This document shows, piece after piece, positions 1-8,937 of a DNA stretch of 27,986 bases. The position numbers were made by a program, and so were the translations under genes. Below the pieces are notes generated by a model that saw nothing but the letters and a program-made list of their open reading frames with translations, ran no database searches and was not told the origin of the DNA. This DNA is from a virus (taxonomy: Duplodnaviria > Caudoviricetes): the IMG/VR virus record IMGVR_UViG_3300048861_000148, positions 1-27,986 of that record. One strand, 5' to 3'. Position 1 is the stretch's first letter. The number at the start of each line of letters is the position of its first letter.

Positions 1-208
1 CGGCCTTCGCGCCTTCGACGTGCTTGGGACTGTCTTCGTCCACCAGCGGCGACATCTTCTGCAGAATCTGCAAGAAGGGAATCGCATACGAGTCCTTGTC
101 CGCGCCTTCGAAGCCAGCGCCGAAGTCCGACGCATCCATGAACTCAGGAGCGACGAGCGCACCCGGTTTGACTTCTGCTACTGCGGTGGACGGTTGAGTC
201 TTAGCCAT
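1..208 (-). CDS. Conserved phage replication protein, SSB/recombination-like (N-terminal part; runs off the window)
   Basis: Manual translation from ATG 208 gives MAKTQPSTAVAEVKPG...FEGADKDSYAIPFLQILQKMSPLVDEDSPKHVEGAKA. An AGGA RBS lies upstream. The D-x-x-IPFL-x-ILQ-x-x-SP motif is typical of phage SSB-like proteins. Not in the ORF track. Confidence 0.6.
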   Translation of the reverse strand, partial: MAKTQPSTAVAEVKPGALVAPEFMDASDFGAGFEGADKDSYAIPFLQILQKMSPLVDEDSPKHVEGAKA

Positions 209-259
209 TTCTAATTCCTTTCTGTTTAAGAGAAGTTTTGCTACAGTTGAAATTATCGC

Positions 260-859
260 TTACTTGCGTGTGCGCGGAAGTGCAATTTTTGCTATCTTGT
301 ACTCATACACGCCGAATACGTCCAGCGGAATGTTGGTGCCCGCTTCCAGCTGCTCCTTGACGAACGATTTGAGCGTTGCGGGGTGAATGTTCTCACCGAC
401 ATTCGGCTCGAATCCAGCCTCTTGCAGTAGCGTCATAGCACGCTTCGCGGCGTCGTTTTCGCCCTTGCCGAACGACAGGGAGACGGCCTGCTTGATGATG
501 CCGTCAAACTGGTTTTCACGCAGCCAATCGAATGCGAACGGCTTGCGCTCTTCCGAAAGACCGCACTTCACGTCTTCCTTGACGGTGATCTTCGAGCCGT
601 CCGTCAACTTGAACTCTTCCATGCCGAGCGTGGCCATGATCTCAGGGATTTTCACCATGAGAATCTTGTCGTTCTTGCCCTTGAGCTCTTCGAGCGCGAC
701 GGTGGCGGCTTGGATGTCCTTCTCCAGCTGCTTCGACTCCTGCGCGAGTTCGGTAAGCCGCGCCAGGGTCGCCGGTTCCGGCGCTTCTTGTGCCGGCAGG
801 TCTTCGAAGTAATCGATCTGGTGCGGCAGTGCGTTTGCTGTGTCGCGAATATCGCTCAC
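260..859 (-). CDS. Conserved phage replication-module protein (coiled coil; usually next to the SSB-like gene)
   Basis: ORF 260..928 trimmed to GTG 859 (GGAG RBS, GTGA overlap with the upstream stop). C-terminal IHPATLKSFVKEQLEAG...DVFGVY motif. Confidence 0.7.
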   Translation of the reverse strand: MSDIRDTANALPHQIDYFEDLPAQEAPEPATLARLTELAQESKQLEKDIQAATVALEELKGKNDKILMVKIPEIMATLGMEEFKLTDGSKITVKEDVKCGLSEERKPFAFDWLRENQFDGIIKQAVSLSFGKGENDAAKRAMTLLQEAGFEPNVGENIHPATLKSFVKEQLEAGTNIPLDVFGVYEYKIAKIALPRTRK

Positions 860-1191
860 GGTGCGATCTCCAAGGTGATGTAGCGGTTGATTTTCTTGTC
901 CCACTTGAGCATGCGGAACGAAGTCCATTCACGCAGAAGGATGCCTGCGCAAACAGCGATGATGGACGGATCACCGACCGCGACAAAGTAGTCCAGCGAC
1001 GGAATGAACCCTTTGAGCGCGGCGTTGATCGCCGGTACGTGGTCCGTCAAAAACAACGGGTCTGCCTCTTTCGGCAGGATCGCGGTGAGTGTGCCGAACT
1101 CAGCAGCGCTGCTGAAGTCGTGAACAGGCACGAAGCCGCCAACGGCGCGGTCGTAGCGCTCGACCAGTTGCGGGATAAAAACTCGTGACAT
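856..1191 (-). CDS. Hypothetical phage protein (111 aa)
   Basis: ATG 1191 (MSRVFIPQ) with AAAGGA RBS. Stop overlaps the next start. Confidence 0.7.
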   Translation of the reverse strand: MSRVFIPQLVERYDRAVGGFVPVHDFSSAAEFGTLTAILPKEADPLFLTDHVPAINAALKGFIPSLDYFVAVGDPSIIAVCAGILLREWTSFRMLKWDKKINRYITLEIAP

Positions 1192-1245
1192 CTCTTTCTT
1201 CCTTTCTCGTTTCAGTTGACGCAATTATCGCGTAACCCGGTGACT

Positions 1246-2724
1246 TTAGATCGTCATCGGCATCCCATCGATGATGTGGTCAGCAATGGCATCCTTAACA
1301 GCCAGGTTGCGCGCGATATCCTCGTCCATCGTATCCCTTGCGATAAGGTCAACGTACAGGACCGGGCCAGTCGTGCCAATCCGATGGTTGCGGTCTTCCG
1401 ACTGGCCGCGCACGTCATTGTCGTAGTCGCAGCTGAAGTAGATCGACGTGCGCGCGGCAGTAAGCGTTAGCCCAGCGTAAGCGGCCTTATTGCACACGAA
1501 CGCGCGGACCTGACCTGCCTGGAAGGAGTCAACCGCGACCTCGCGCGCGTCGTCATTGACGCCACCGTGGTACTCCACGCATGAGATGCCCTGCTCACCC
1601 AGCACCTTCACAATCTGCTCGATCTCGTGCCGGTAGATCGCCCAGACGATGAACTGTCCTTCCAGATCGTCCACCACGTCCAGGAACGCTTCCATACGCG
1701 GGTTGCTATCCGGATTGATGAGCTCAGGCTCTCCGTACACGTTCACGAAGCCGGATGTGACCTGCTTCATCTTCGTGCGCGCGGCGATAGCCTGGAAAGA
1801 CATCTCACCTTCCGTGCGCGACGTGTATGCCAACTCTTCTTTGAGTTTGTCGTAGAGAACGCGCTGCTCATCGCTCAGATCGAAGTAGACCTGCTCATAG
1901 ACCTTCGGCGGCAAGTCCAGGCACTCGTCCTTGCGGACGCGGTACATATGCGGCGCGATCATGGCCGCAAGCTTGTCCAGGTTCTGATACTTCTTGTTGC
2001 CAAAGTCGTCCGTATCCACCACTTGCGCGAACGCTGCTTTGGGTCCCATCTTACGGATCAATCCTTGCATCTTAGGCGACTTCGGATCCAGCAGGACAGC
2101 GAATTCAGCCACAAATGCGCGGTACGAAGTTGTGCCCAGAAGACCCGGCTTCAGGAAGTCGAATTGACTGTACAGGTCCATCGGCGCTTTGGTCAGCGGC
2201 TTGCCGGAAAGGATGCGACGAGCGATGGCCGCGCGACCGGCCTTGATGATGTACTTCGTCCGCTTCGCATCCGGGTTGCCGATCTTCTTGGACTCGTCCA
2301 CGACGCCAAGCGTTACGAACGTGTTCATAAACTCGTCTACGGCATCTCGCGCGTTCTCCTGCAACATCGCTTCGAAGTTGATCGTAAGCACGCGCAAGGT
2401 CGGACGCTCGAAGCGGTGCGCAGGCGTGTACAGACGTTCGAATCCGGCCTTCTGCTTCTTGGTCTTCACAGGACCGCTCCAGGCATAGCAGACGGTCGGA
2501 ACCGACAGATGCTTTGGAATCTCGCGCAGCACCCAATTGCTATGGACTCCTTTCGGTGCCCAGATAATGACTGCTTCGATCTTACCGGCGAGGAACGCGC
2601 GTTCTGCGTCCGCCAGCAGCATCCAAGACTTGCCGGTGCCCTGCTCCGCGAGGATAGCGAAGTTGCGCTTTCCTTCGGAGCGCTCCAGGTAGATCGACTG
2701 GTGATTCATCGGCGCTGTCTTCAC
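1246..2724 (-). CDS. SNF2/SF2-family DNA helicase
   Basis: Motifs: EQGTGKS (Walker A), VVDES (Walker B), LSGKP, DLYSQF, GLTLTAA, QSEDRNHRIG (motif VI). Confidence 0.92.
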   Translation of the reverse strand: MKTAPMNHQSIYLERSEGKRNFAILAEQGTGKSWMLLADAERAFLAGKIEAVIIWAPKGVHSNWVLREIPKHLSVPTVCYAWSGPVKTKKQKAGFERLYTPAHRFERPTLRVLTINFEAMLQENARDAVDEFMNTFVTLGVVDESKKIGNPDAKRTKYIIKAGRAAIARRILSGKPLTKAPMDLYSQFDFLKPGLLGTTSYRAFVAEFAVLLDPKSPKMQGLIRKMGPKAAFAQVVDTDDFGNKKYQNLDKLAAMIAPHMYRVRKDECLDLPPKVYEQVYFDLSDEQRVLYDKLKEELAYTSRTEGEMSFQAIAARTKMKQVTSGFVNVYGEPELINPDSNPRMEAFLDVVDDLEGQFIVWAIYRHEIEQIVKVLGEQGISCVEYHGGVNDDAREVAVDSFQAGQVRAFVCNKAAYAGLTLTAARTSIYFSCDYDNDVRGQSEDRNHRIGTTGPVLYVDLIARDTMDEDIARNLAVKDAIADHIIDGMPMTI

Positions 2725-3137
2725 TTCAAATTCTCCAAATAGGTGCAGATTTCGATCTTACCGTGCATCACCGTGGCGCGGCTGATCAGTTCATCCTTCG
2801 TCATCTTGTCCAGCGGCTCGTCCGGGTCCAGCAGGTAGTAGTCCAGACCGGCACGGAGAAGCGTGAAGGCAATTCCGTGCCATTCGCGCCACTGCCGCTG
2901 GAAGGAGAGTTGACCCGGCTCGAAGGCATCACGCAGCGCAAGCGTGGTCGCTCTCGCGGGCCACTTCTCGATTGCCTTATTCTCGATCCAGAAGACAGTG
3001 CCGCGCCGGTTGATTAGAAGTACATCCGGCATCCCATCGCCACTGTACAGGTTCTCGATGCGGAACGGCTTCGCTTGACGCGGGTCCAGTCCCTTGCTGA
3101 AGGTGTCCCACGATTTCTGCTCGCGTTGGCGGGTCAT
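2721..3137 (-). CDS. PD-(D/E)xK nuclease, VRR-NUC/Holliday junction resolvase-like
   Basis: GMPDVL...FWIENK catalytic motif plus downstream PGQ. ATGA overlaps on both sides. Confidence 0.75.
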   Translation of the reverse strand: MTRQREQKSWDTFSKGLDPRQAKPFRIENLYSGDGMPDVLLINRRGTVFWIENKAIEKWPARATTLALRDAFEPGQLSFQRQWREWHGIAFTLLRAGLDYYLLDPDEPLDKMTKDELISRATVMHGKIEICTYLENLK

Positions 3138-5986
3138 ACGTCAATCCTTTTAACGTTCTTTACAATGAACATGTCGATGCCACTGATCTTCCAGGCACGC
3201 ACGAGGAACCACGAACCAACCGGTGCCGTCTCTGCAATCGGCCTGCCGTGCTGGGCGTACTTGTCCGGACGGACGCGGAACCGCATTGGCGAGTCGGTGG
3301 AGTCGTCCACCATCATCAGGTCGATGAACTGCGTCGGTCCCTTCATGACCTTGCCGCCACGCTTCTTAATGCGGATGGCTTCGTTCTCGTCTGCCAGAAT
3401 CTTTTTGGTCAACTTAGCAATGACCAGGCATTCGTCGCGCTCGCCGCACTCCTTCATGTTGATGATCGGATTACCGGAAGTAACGCCGACCAGGCGCGGC
3501 TCGCGGTAGAAGTGGCCCCACTTGGTGTGCGCTTCTGCGAGGTCTTGGAACTGGACTTCCGCCTTCGCCAGCGACTCCAAGTGTTTTGCGTATGCTTTGG
3601 AGTCCTTTTTGTTCAGCGGTCCGAGCGCGACCTGCTGGACCCACTTCTCGCGCGCCTGGACGTACTTAAGCGCCTTGACCGGACCGAAGCCCTTGGCGTT
3701 TTGGATACCACCGATGAGTCGTCCGTCCGCGACCTTCCAGTGCATGTCGGAGTAGTCAGGATCGATGGGGGTATAGCTAACCCCTTCCTTCGCCAGTTCT
3801 CTAAGAATCGCGATAGTCTGTTCATCATCCTTCGCTGCGCGTAGGCATGCGGCTGCAAACTCCAGCTTGTGATATCGCTTAAGCCAGCACGTCCAGTACG
3901 TAACCACAGCATATGATACGGAGTGAGACTTGTTGAATCCCCACGAACCGAACGTAACCATCTCCTGCCAGATTTTCTTGGCTTGATCAACCGGTACGCC
4001 TTGGGACGTTGCGCCCGCAACAAAGTCCTGGCCCATTTTGTTGAAGTACTCTTCACCCTTTCTCCCTGACATGGCCTTCCGGACGGCGGAAGTCTTGACC
4101 CAGTCAAACAGACCGATCTCCTTCACCACGGACATGATCTGTTCCTGGTACAAGAAGACGCCAAACGTGTCCTTCAAGTACTTCTCCAGCTGCGGCACAT
4201 CGTACGTTACTGGCTCGCGGCCAGCCGCGCGCGCGATGTATTTCTGTGCCATACCGGACGCGAGCGGACCAGGCCGCGCCAACGCCGTCAGGTTATCGAT
4301 CTTGGAGAATCGATCGACATTAACAGAGCGCGTAACAGACCGGACGGCATCGCCTTCGAACTGGAAGATGCCGCTGACTCGGTCCTCGTTGATGACTCGG
4401 AAGACTTCTGGGTCATCGAGTTTAAGAGAAAACAGTTGTTCTGCCGTGACCACTCCAGAGTCTTCGATGATGCCCAGTGTTCGAAGTCCGAGTGCGTCGA
4501 TTTTGAGAAGGTTGAGATATTCGGAGTCAGGCTTATCGATCTGAGCCACTCCTTCGACATTGACTGTGCAGTAGTCGCTGACAGGGTCGTTACAGACGAG
4601 AATACCGGCGGCGTGTACTCCAGTGTGAGATGGGTGGATCTCCAAATCTCCCATGCACTCTGCAGCTTCTGGGAATCGGCGCATGAACTCGCGACCAGGC
4701 TCCGTTCCGTCGAAGGTGTCTTGCAGACCCTTGCCATATCGAGCATCGCCGGAAGAGTAGACAATAAGCGCGTTCTTGACGTTTGCCGTTTCACTGTACG
4801 GGACTCCGAAGCGTTTGCCGACCTGCGCCATCACAGAGTTGGCCTGAAGCGTGTTGATGTTACCCAACTTCGCGACGTTCGCCGCGCCGTACTTGTTCTG
4901 CAGGTACTCGAAGACTAAGTGGCGCTTCGTATCTGTAAAATCGATGTCGATGTCTGGAAGGTCAGCACGGCTGATATCGATGAACCGTTGGAAAAGAAGG
5001 TCATGCGGAATCGGGTCCACTTCGGTGATTCCGAGCAGATAGCACACCAGCGAGCCTGCCGATGAGCCGCGAGCGGGACCAACCAGCATATGTTCCTTCG
5101 CGTACCTAACCAGATCAGACACAACAAGAAAGTATGAGTCAAACTTCTTGAGTTGAATCTGCTCGATCTCCATGTTGAAGCGCGCTTCATACTCTTCCGT
5201 CCATTCGGTTATGTGGCCGCGCGACAGGCGGCTGGCCTGCCCTTCACGCGCCAGCGCAATCAAATCACCTTCTAGGTGGATAAGCGGTGCCTTCTGGAGT
5301 CCTACTCCATCCAGATGCTCCGCGACCGCGTACGTGTTGGCTACGGCGCTTTCAAACTCTGCCCGCGTCATCGCGTGCCGAACCTGACTCCAAATCTCGT
5401 CTTCCGACGCTATATGGCGCATTCCGACAGAGTCACGAACTTCCCAAGCATACGCGAACCGTTTCTGCTTCTGGTCCGGCATGTCGTTGTAAGATGTGAT
5501 AACCATCGGCTTGCCGGTACGCCGCGCGAGTTGGACTGCCTTATATGCGTGGAGATACGAAGACGGATTGACATCCACGTAGTCGTAGGCGCTGGGCTGA
5601 AGTGCGCTATGCGCTCCGCCAACAAAACGCAGAACGCCTTCGGCCTTGATAAAGTCCGCATCGGTCAGCCCCTTTTGCGCCACGCTCTTCGTCGTCAGGT
5701 TGTAGAACTTCTTGGTGTCGGTTGCCAAGACCCAAGCCACCGGCTTAAAGCCTACTGCCTCGCCGTTCTCGTCCAGCGTCAGCACCGGAATCTCCATGCC
5801 GAACATCGGCTTGATATCCGCCTTCTTCGTCGCGGCTTCGAAGCGTACATGGCCCCAAGTCCCTGCGTCCACTAGCGCGGCGCTGGTGCAGCCGATCTCC
5901 TGCAGGCGCGCGACGATTTCCGGGTGTCTCCCGTACGCGTTCCGGTAGGAATATCCACTGCGTACTCTCAGTTGCGGCATCGTCAT
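3134..5986 (-). CDS. dnaE: DNA polymerase III alpha subunit (family C, DnaE-like)
   Basis: Motifs: GPARGSSAGSLVCY, LLFQRF, PDIDID, GVHAAG, LLKIDALGL, GIFQFE, LYQEQIM, FNKSHS. N-terminal PHP-like region. Confidence 0.97.
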   Translation of the reverse strand: MTMPQLRVRSGYSYRNAYGRHPEIVARLQEIGCTSAALVDAGTWGHVRFEAATKKADIKPMFGMEIPVLTLDENGEAVGFKPVAWVLATDTKKFYNLTTKSVAQKGLTDADFIKAEGVLRFVGGAHSALQPSAYDYVDVNPSSYLHAYKAVQLARRTGKPMVITSYNDMPDQKQKRFAYAWEVRDSVGMRHIASEDEIWSQVRHAMTRAEFESAVANTYAVAEHLDGVGLQKAPLIHLEGDLIALAREGQASRLSRGHITEWTEEYEARFNMEIEQIQLKKFDSYFLVVSDLVRYAKEHMLVGPARGSSAGSLVCYLLGITEVDPIPHDLLFQRFIDISRADLPDIDIDFTDTKRHLVFEYLQNKYGAANVAKLGNINTLQANSVMAQVGKRFGVPYSETANVKNALIVYSSGDARYGKGLQDTFDGTEPGREFMRRFPEAAECMGDLEIHPSHTGVHAAGILVCNDPVSDYCTVNVEGVAQIDKPDSEYLNLLKIDALGLRTLGIIEDSGVVTAEQLFSLKLDDPEVFRVINEDRVSGIFQFEGDAVRSVTRSVNVDRFSKIDNLTALARPGPLASGMAQKYIARAAGREPVTYDVPQLEKYLKDTFGVFLYQEQIMSVVKEIGLFDWVKTSAVRKAMSGRKGEEYFNKMGQDFVAGATSQGVPVDQAKKIWQEMVTFGSWGFNKSHSVSYAVVTYWTCWLKRYHKLEFAAACLRAAKDDEQTIAILRELAKEGVSYTPIDPDYSDMHWKVADGRLIGGIQNAKGFGPVKALKYVQAREKWVQQVALGPLNKKDSKAYAKHLESLAKAEVQFQDLAEAHTKWGHFYREPRLVGVTSGNPIINMKECGERDECLVIAKLTKKILADENEAIRIKKRGGKVMKGPTQFIDLMMVDDSTDSPMRFRVRPDKYAQHGRPIAETAPVGSWFLVRAWKISGIDMFIVKNVKRIDV

Positions 5987-6549
5987 ACTACGGACTCCTT
6001 AAACGCTTCATAAACGCCTTCCTTCTGGCACGCCTCGTGCAGCAACCGAACGTCGTCCAGCGCCCTGTGCTTCTGGACGTACGGACCGCACTTCATCTCA
6101 TACCAGTCCTGCAGCCGGACGCGCTTGCCGTACATATGGAACGTCTGTTCCACCGTACAGATTTCAATCGCATCGCCGTTCGCTCCACCCCAGTTGATAT
6201 CAGCAAGCGAACGCCCATTGCGCTGCAGGTCAAACGTTAAGATGCCCTTATCAAACGACAGGTTGTGGGCGATACGTCCGCGCGTGTTGCCGAAGTAGGT
6301 GGCCAGCTGCGGAATGAAGTGGGTGAATGGCGGCTTGTCCGCGAGGTCTTCGTTGGTCAGGCCGGTGATCTCGGTGATGATCGGTTCAATCGATATCCCA
6401 GGGTTGCATATGAACTCCAACTCTCCGAGAATGTCGTGGCCGTCCGTGATGATTCCGCCGAATTCGATGGCGCGCGGCTGCTTCGATAGCTCCGCATCGG
6501 GATGGAAGGGAAGGCCTGTGGTTTCCCAGTCGAACACAGAGAAGAGCAT
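5983..6549 (-). CDS. dnaQ: DEDDh 3'-5' exonuclease (DNA pol III epsilon-like)
   Basis: ExoI VFDWETTG, ExoII AHNLSFD, ExoIII HRALDD. Translationally coupled to dnaE. Confidence 0.9.
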   Translation of the reverse strand: MLFSVFDWETTGLPFHPDAELSKQPRAIEFGGIITDGHDILGELEFICNPGISIEPIITEITGLTNEDLADKPPFTHFIPQLATYFGNTRGRIAHNLSFDKGILTFDLQRNGRSLADINWGGANGDAIEICTVEQTFHMYGKRVRLQDWYEMKCGPYVQKHRALDDVRLLHEACQKEGVYEAFKESVV

Positions 6550-6833
6550 CAGCGCACCTGGTCGAAACGGATATTGGCCTTGAGAAGCCTGGCTGCACGC
6601 GCGACTCGGCAGGAAGAGTTTTCGTTGTAGACGGCATTCGGAGTGCTAGAACCCGGATATTGTCTCCAGAGTTTTAACCAACGCCGGTTGGCGCGGCGAA
6701 TGCTTCGGATACAGATCGGTTTGCCGATGGGATTGCCATACAGATTCGGAATGCTAACCTTACCAAATCTTGGATCGCCATTGGCTTCCATAAAAGTGCG
6801 CCGACGAAGCGCACGTGTTAGACTTTTGGTCAT
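6549..6833 (-). CDS. Hypothetical basic (Arg-rich) protein, 94 aa
   Basis: ATG 6833 (MTKSLTRALRRR) with AAAGGA RBS. TGATG overlap with the exonuclease start. Confidence 0.6.
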   Translation of the reverse strand: MTKSLTRALRRRTFMEANGDPRFGKVSIPNLYGNPIGKPICIRSIRRANRRWLKLWRQYPGSSTPNAVYNENSSCRVARAARLLKANIRFDQVR

Positions 6834-6853
6834 TCTATTTCCTTTCTGTGGAT

Positions 6854-6880
6854 AAACAAAAAGCCGCGACTGGCGCGGCT
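6854..6880 (-). terminator. Rho-independent terminator
   Basis: Minus strand reads AGCCGCG-CCAGT-CGCGGCT followed by TTTTGTTT. Confidence 0.7.
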
Positions 6881-7006
6881 CTCTGGGCAAACGGATTACG
6901 GCTGAGAGCCAGAGCCGAACCGACAAACGGTGGGTGGCTCTGGCCAGTTCCGGTTGAAGGCGCATCGTACCTTGGCTGTCTTGAAGGAGACGGTACGCGG
7001 CCTATT

Positions 7007-7531
7007 TTACTGGTCAGGACTGTACGGCAGACGCACAATAAACTTGAGGTCCACGCCGATCAGAAAGCGCGTGTCATAGATGACGTACTTGTACCGGCGC
7101 GAGTCCTTGATTGCCGGATTCGTGTGCGATTGCGTGATGACGCTCTGCGCGATCTCGATGCACTCATCGCGCATAACTTGATCGAACTCGATCAGTTGCT
7201 CTTCGGTGACGTGCATGCCCAGGTGGCTGACCGCGCCGAACTTGCCGACTTCGCCGCAGTCCGTGCCGATATCCATCCAGTTCTCGCCGTTCGTATAGGT
7301 GAGAACTTCGAGTTCCAGCGGCTTCGCTGCTTCGGTGTCCGAACCGTTGCCAGCCTGGTAGTTGAAGGCCAGGTGCGCTTCGTTCTCGCATTCCCGTTCC
7401 GTGTGAACAGAACCGCGCGCCACAACATCGTCGTGGAACCACTCCGACATCCCCAGCTTTGCGAGGAAGGCACGAGCGCGCACGGAGTTTTCCGGATACA
7501 GCGCGATCTGTTCTATTTTGAATTGCGGCAT
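7007..7531 (-). CDS. VOC (glyoxalase/methylmalonyl-CoA epimerase-like) family protein
   Basis: ATG 7531 (MPQFKIEQIAL) with AAGGA RBS. VOC-like pattern: IEQIAL...ELEVL...SHLGMHV...YVIYDTR...GVDLKFI. Confidence 0.65.
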   Translation of the reverse strand: MPQFKIEQIALYPENSVRARAFLAKLGMSEWFHDDVVARGSVHTERECENEAHLAFNYQAGNGSDTEAAKPLELEVLTYTNGENWMDIGTDCGEVGKFGAVSHLGMHVTEEQLIEFDQVMRDECIEIAQSVITQSHTNPAIKDSRRYKYVIYDTRFLIGVDLKFIVRLPYSPDQ

Positions 7532-7532
7532 T

Positions 7533-7748
7533 TCAGTTTCCTTGTGAATCGGGTTCTTGGTCTTCACCGGCTTCAGCTTCTTCGACTTCAACGAGTGCCT
7601 TGCCGAGATTCAGAATCATAGACGACGCGCTTTGAACGTGCAAGTCATCGTTCATGATCTGGACGAAACGAAGCACCACTTCAGCAGCAGCTTCGTCATC
7701 GAATGCAAGGTCAGTACAGGCCTCGCGCAATTCCTTTTCCAACGACAT
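7533..7748 (-). CDS. Hypothetical acidic protein (71 aa)
   Basis: AGGAG RBS; fits the operon spacing. Confidence 0.65.
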   Translation of the reverse strand: MSLEKELREACTDLAFDDEAAAEVVLRFVQIMNDDLHVQSASSMILNLGKALVEVEEAEAGEDQEPDSQGN

Positions 7749-7757
7749 ACGGACTCC

Positions 7758-8066
7758 TTACAACTGAACGACGAGTAGGCCAAGCATCTCAGCAATGTTG
7801 CGCTCCCAGCACGCGCCGCGACTGCGGTGCCAATCCGGCAGCAGCCAAATCTGTGTGCAGTCCGGAATCTCCTTCACGCACGCGCGCATGTAGTAACGCC
7901 AGATTTCCTCCTTGTCCGTCATCGAAGCAGGCGGCGCAGGGATGTCTTGCGGGTTGAAGTACGGCAGGTCAGCCGCAGCCAGGCGCGCGGCGACCTTGTC
8001 GAATTCCGGCTTGTTTCCGTCCGGAATATCGGTAACAGGACCGCTGATGTAGATTTTGGTTTTCAT
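7758..8066 (-). CDS. DUF4406 family protein (nucleoside 2-deoxyribosyltransferase-like fold)
   Basis: KIYISGP...F...FNP...YMR...C..IWLLPDW..SRGA..E family pattern. Confidence 0.8.
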   Translation of the reverse strand: MKTKIYISGPVTDIPDGNKPEFDKVAARLAAADLPYFNPQDIPAPPASMTDKEEIWRYYMRACVKEIPDCTQIWLLPDWHRSRGACWERNIAEMLGLLVVQL

Positions 8067-8075
8067 CAGGAGTCC

Positions 8076-8756
8076 TTACTTGCCGAACGGGATGTCACAG
8101 CCGGAAAGATACAGCGCATTGCCTTGCGTCAGAAGCGAGCTAATCAGTTCCGCGACGGCTTCAGGCGGTGTCTCCAGGCCGTGCATCAGCGCCTTGCGTT
8201 GGTATTCCTTCGCGAATTCCGGCGACCAGCCGCGCACCTTCTGGACGTTCTGCTCGATCTGGCGCGACATCTCGGTGCCCGCCAGTTTGTTCGGTGAGAC
8301 GCTGAAGACGGTGATGCCGTGCTTGGGCGTCAACTCGTGCGCCATCTGCTTCGTGATCATCAAGGCCGCAGCCTTCGACGCATTGTAGCTCAGTGACGAA
8401 GTCATCGGCATCGTCGCAGCGTTCGATACAATGTTGATCACGAAGCCGCGCGAAGCCTTCAAAGGCGTCAAAAGCGCCTGCGTCATCTGGACAAAGGAAA
8501 ACGCATTCACTTCCATCAGCCGGAAGAAGTCGTTTGGGCCAACTTCTTCAAACCAGCGGTTGTCGTTGATGCCCGCGCAGTTGATGAGCGCGTCGAGTTC
8601 ACCAACGTGCCCCAGCCAAACGGACGGATTGGTCACGTCATCGCCGTTGATTAGGTCGTACTCGTACACGAAGTGGCCAGCGTCACGGAGCGCGGTGCAG
8701 ATCGCCGCGCCCAGACCGCTCGAAGAGCCGGTGACCAAAATTCGTTTCGTCGTCAT
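8076..8756 (-). CDS. Short-chain dehydrogenase/reductase (NAD(P)-dependent SDR)
   Basis: TGSSSGLG Rossmann motif, LINCAGI, catalytic Ser and YNASK (YxxxK). ATG 8756 with AAGGA RBS. Confidence 0.92.
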   Translation of the reverse strand: MTTKRILVTGSSSGLGAAICTALRDAGHFVYEYDLINGDDVTNPSVWLGHVGELDALINCAGINDNRWFEEVGPNDFFRLMEVNAFSFVQMTQALLTPLKASRGFVINIVSNAATMPMTSSLSYNASKAAALMITKQMAHELTPKHGITVFSVSPNKLAGTEMSRQIEQNVQKVRGWSPEFAKEYQRKALMHGLETPPEAVAELISSLLTQGNALYLSGCDIPFGK

Positions 8757-8758
8757 TA

Positions 8759-8935
8759 TCAATCCTTGAATTCGAGATAGACGGTAGCCGCGCCGAACTC
8801 GTTGCGACCAATGTGCACTTCGACGCTGCTGACCTGGCGTCCAGTCTGTTTCGCGACATAATCGCGAATGACTTCTTCAACTTCCTTGCTAGTCAGCTTT
8901 ATGCGGTCTTGAATGCGTTGAATGTCGAGTGGCAT
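8759..8935 (-). CDS. Small hypothetical protein (58 aa)
   Basis: Manual translation MPLDIQRIQDRIKLTSKEVEEVIRDYVAKQTGRQ...YLEFKD fills the gap exactly (2-nt spacing on both sides). Below the ORF-track cutoff. Confidence 0.6.
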   Translation of the reverse strand: MPLDIQRIQDRIKLTSKEVEEVIRDYVAKQTGRQVSSVEVHIGRNEFGAATVYLEFKD

Positions 8936-8937
8936 GA

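Noticed and set aside
1627-2742. Long plus-strand ORFs antisense to real genes (1627..2742, 10707..11489, 11570..12517, 12921..13976, 14093..14944)
   Set aside because: Shadow ORFs produced by GC-rich codon bias of the minus-strand genes; no motifs or RBS.
3134-5986. Intein or intron in dnaE (some stretches look more AT-rich)
   Set aside because: The reading frame is continuous with DnaE motifs in normal order, the length is not inflated, and no intein C/S...HN ends or LAGLIDADG motifs are seen.
6840-7003. tRNA gene in the structured intergenic region
   Set aside because: No cloverleaf, T-loop GTTCGA or CCA end; reported instead as an attenuator-like RNA.
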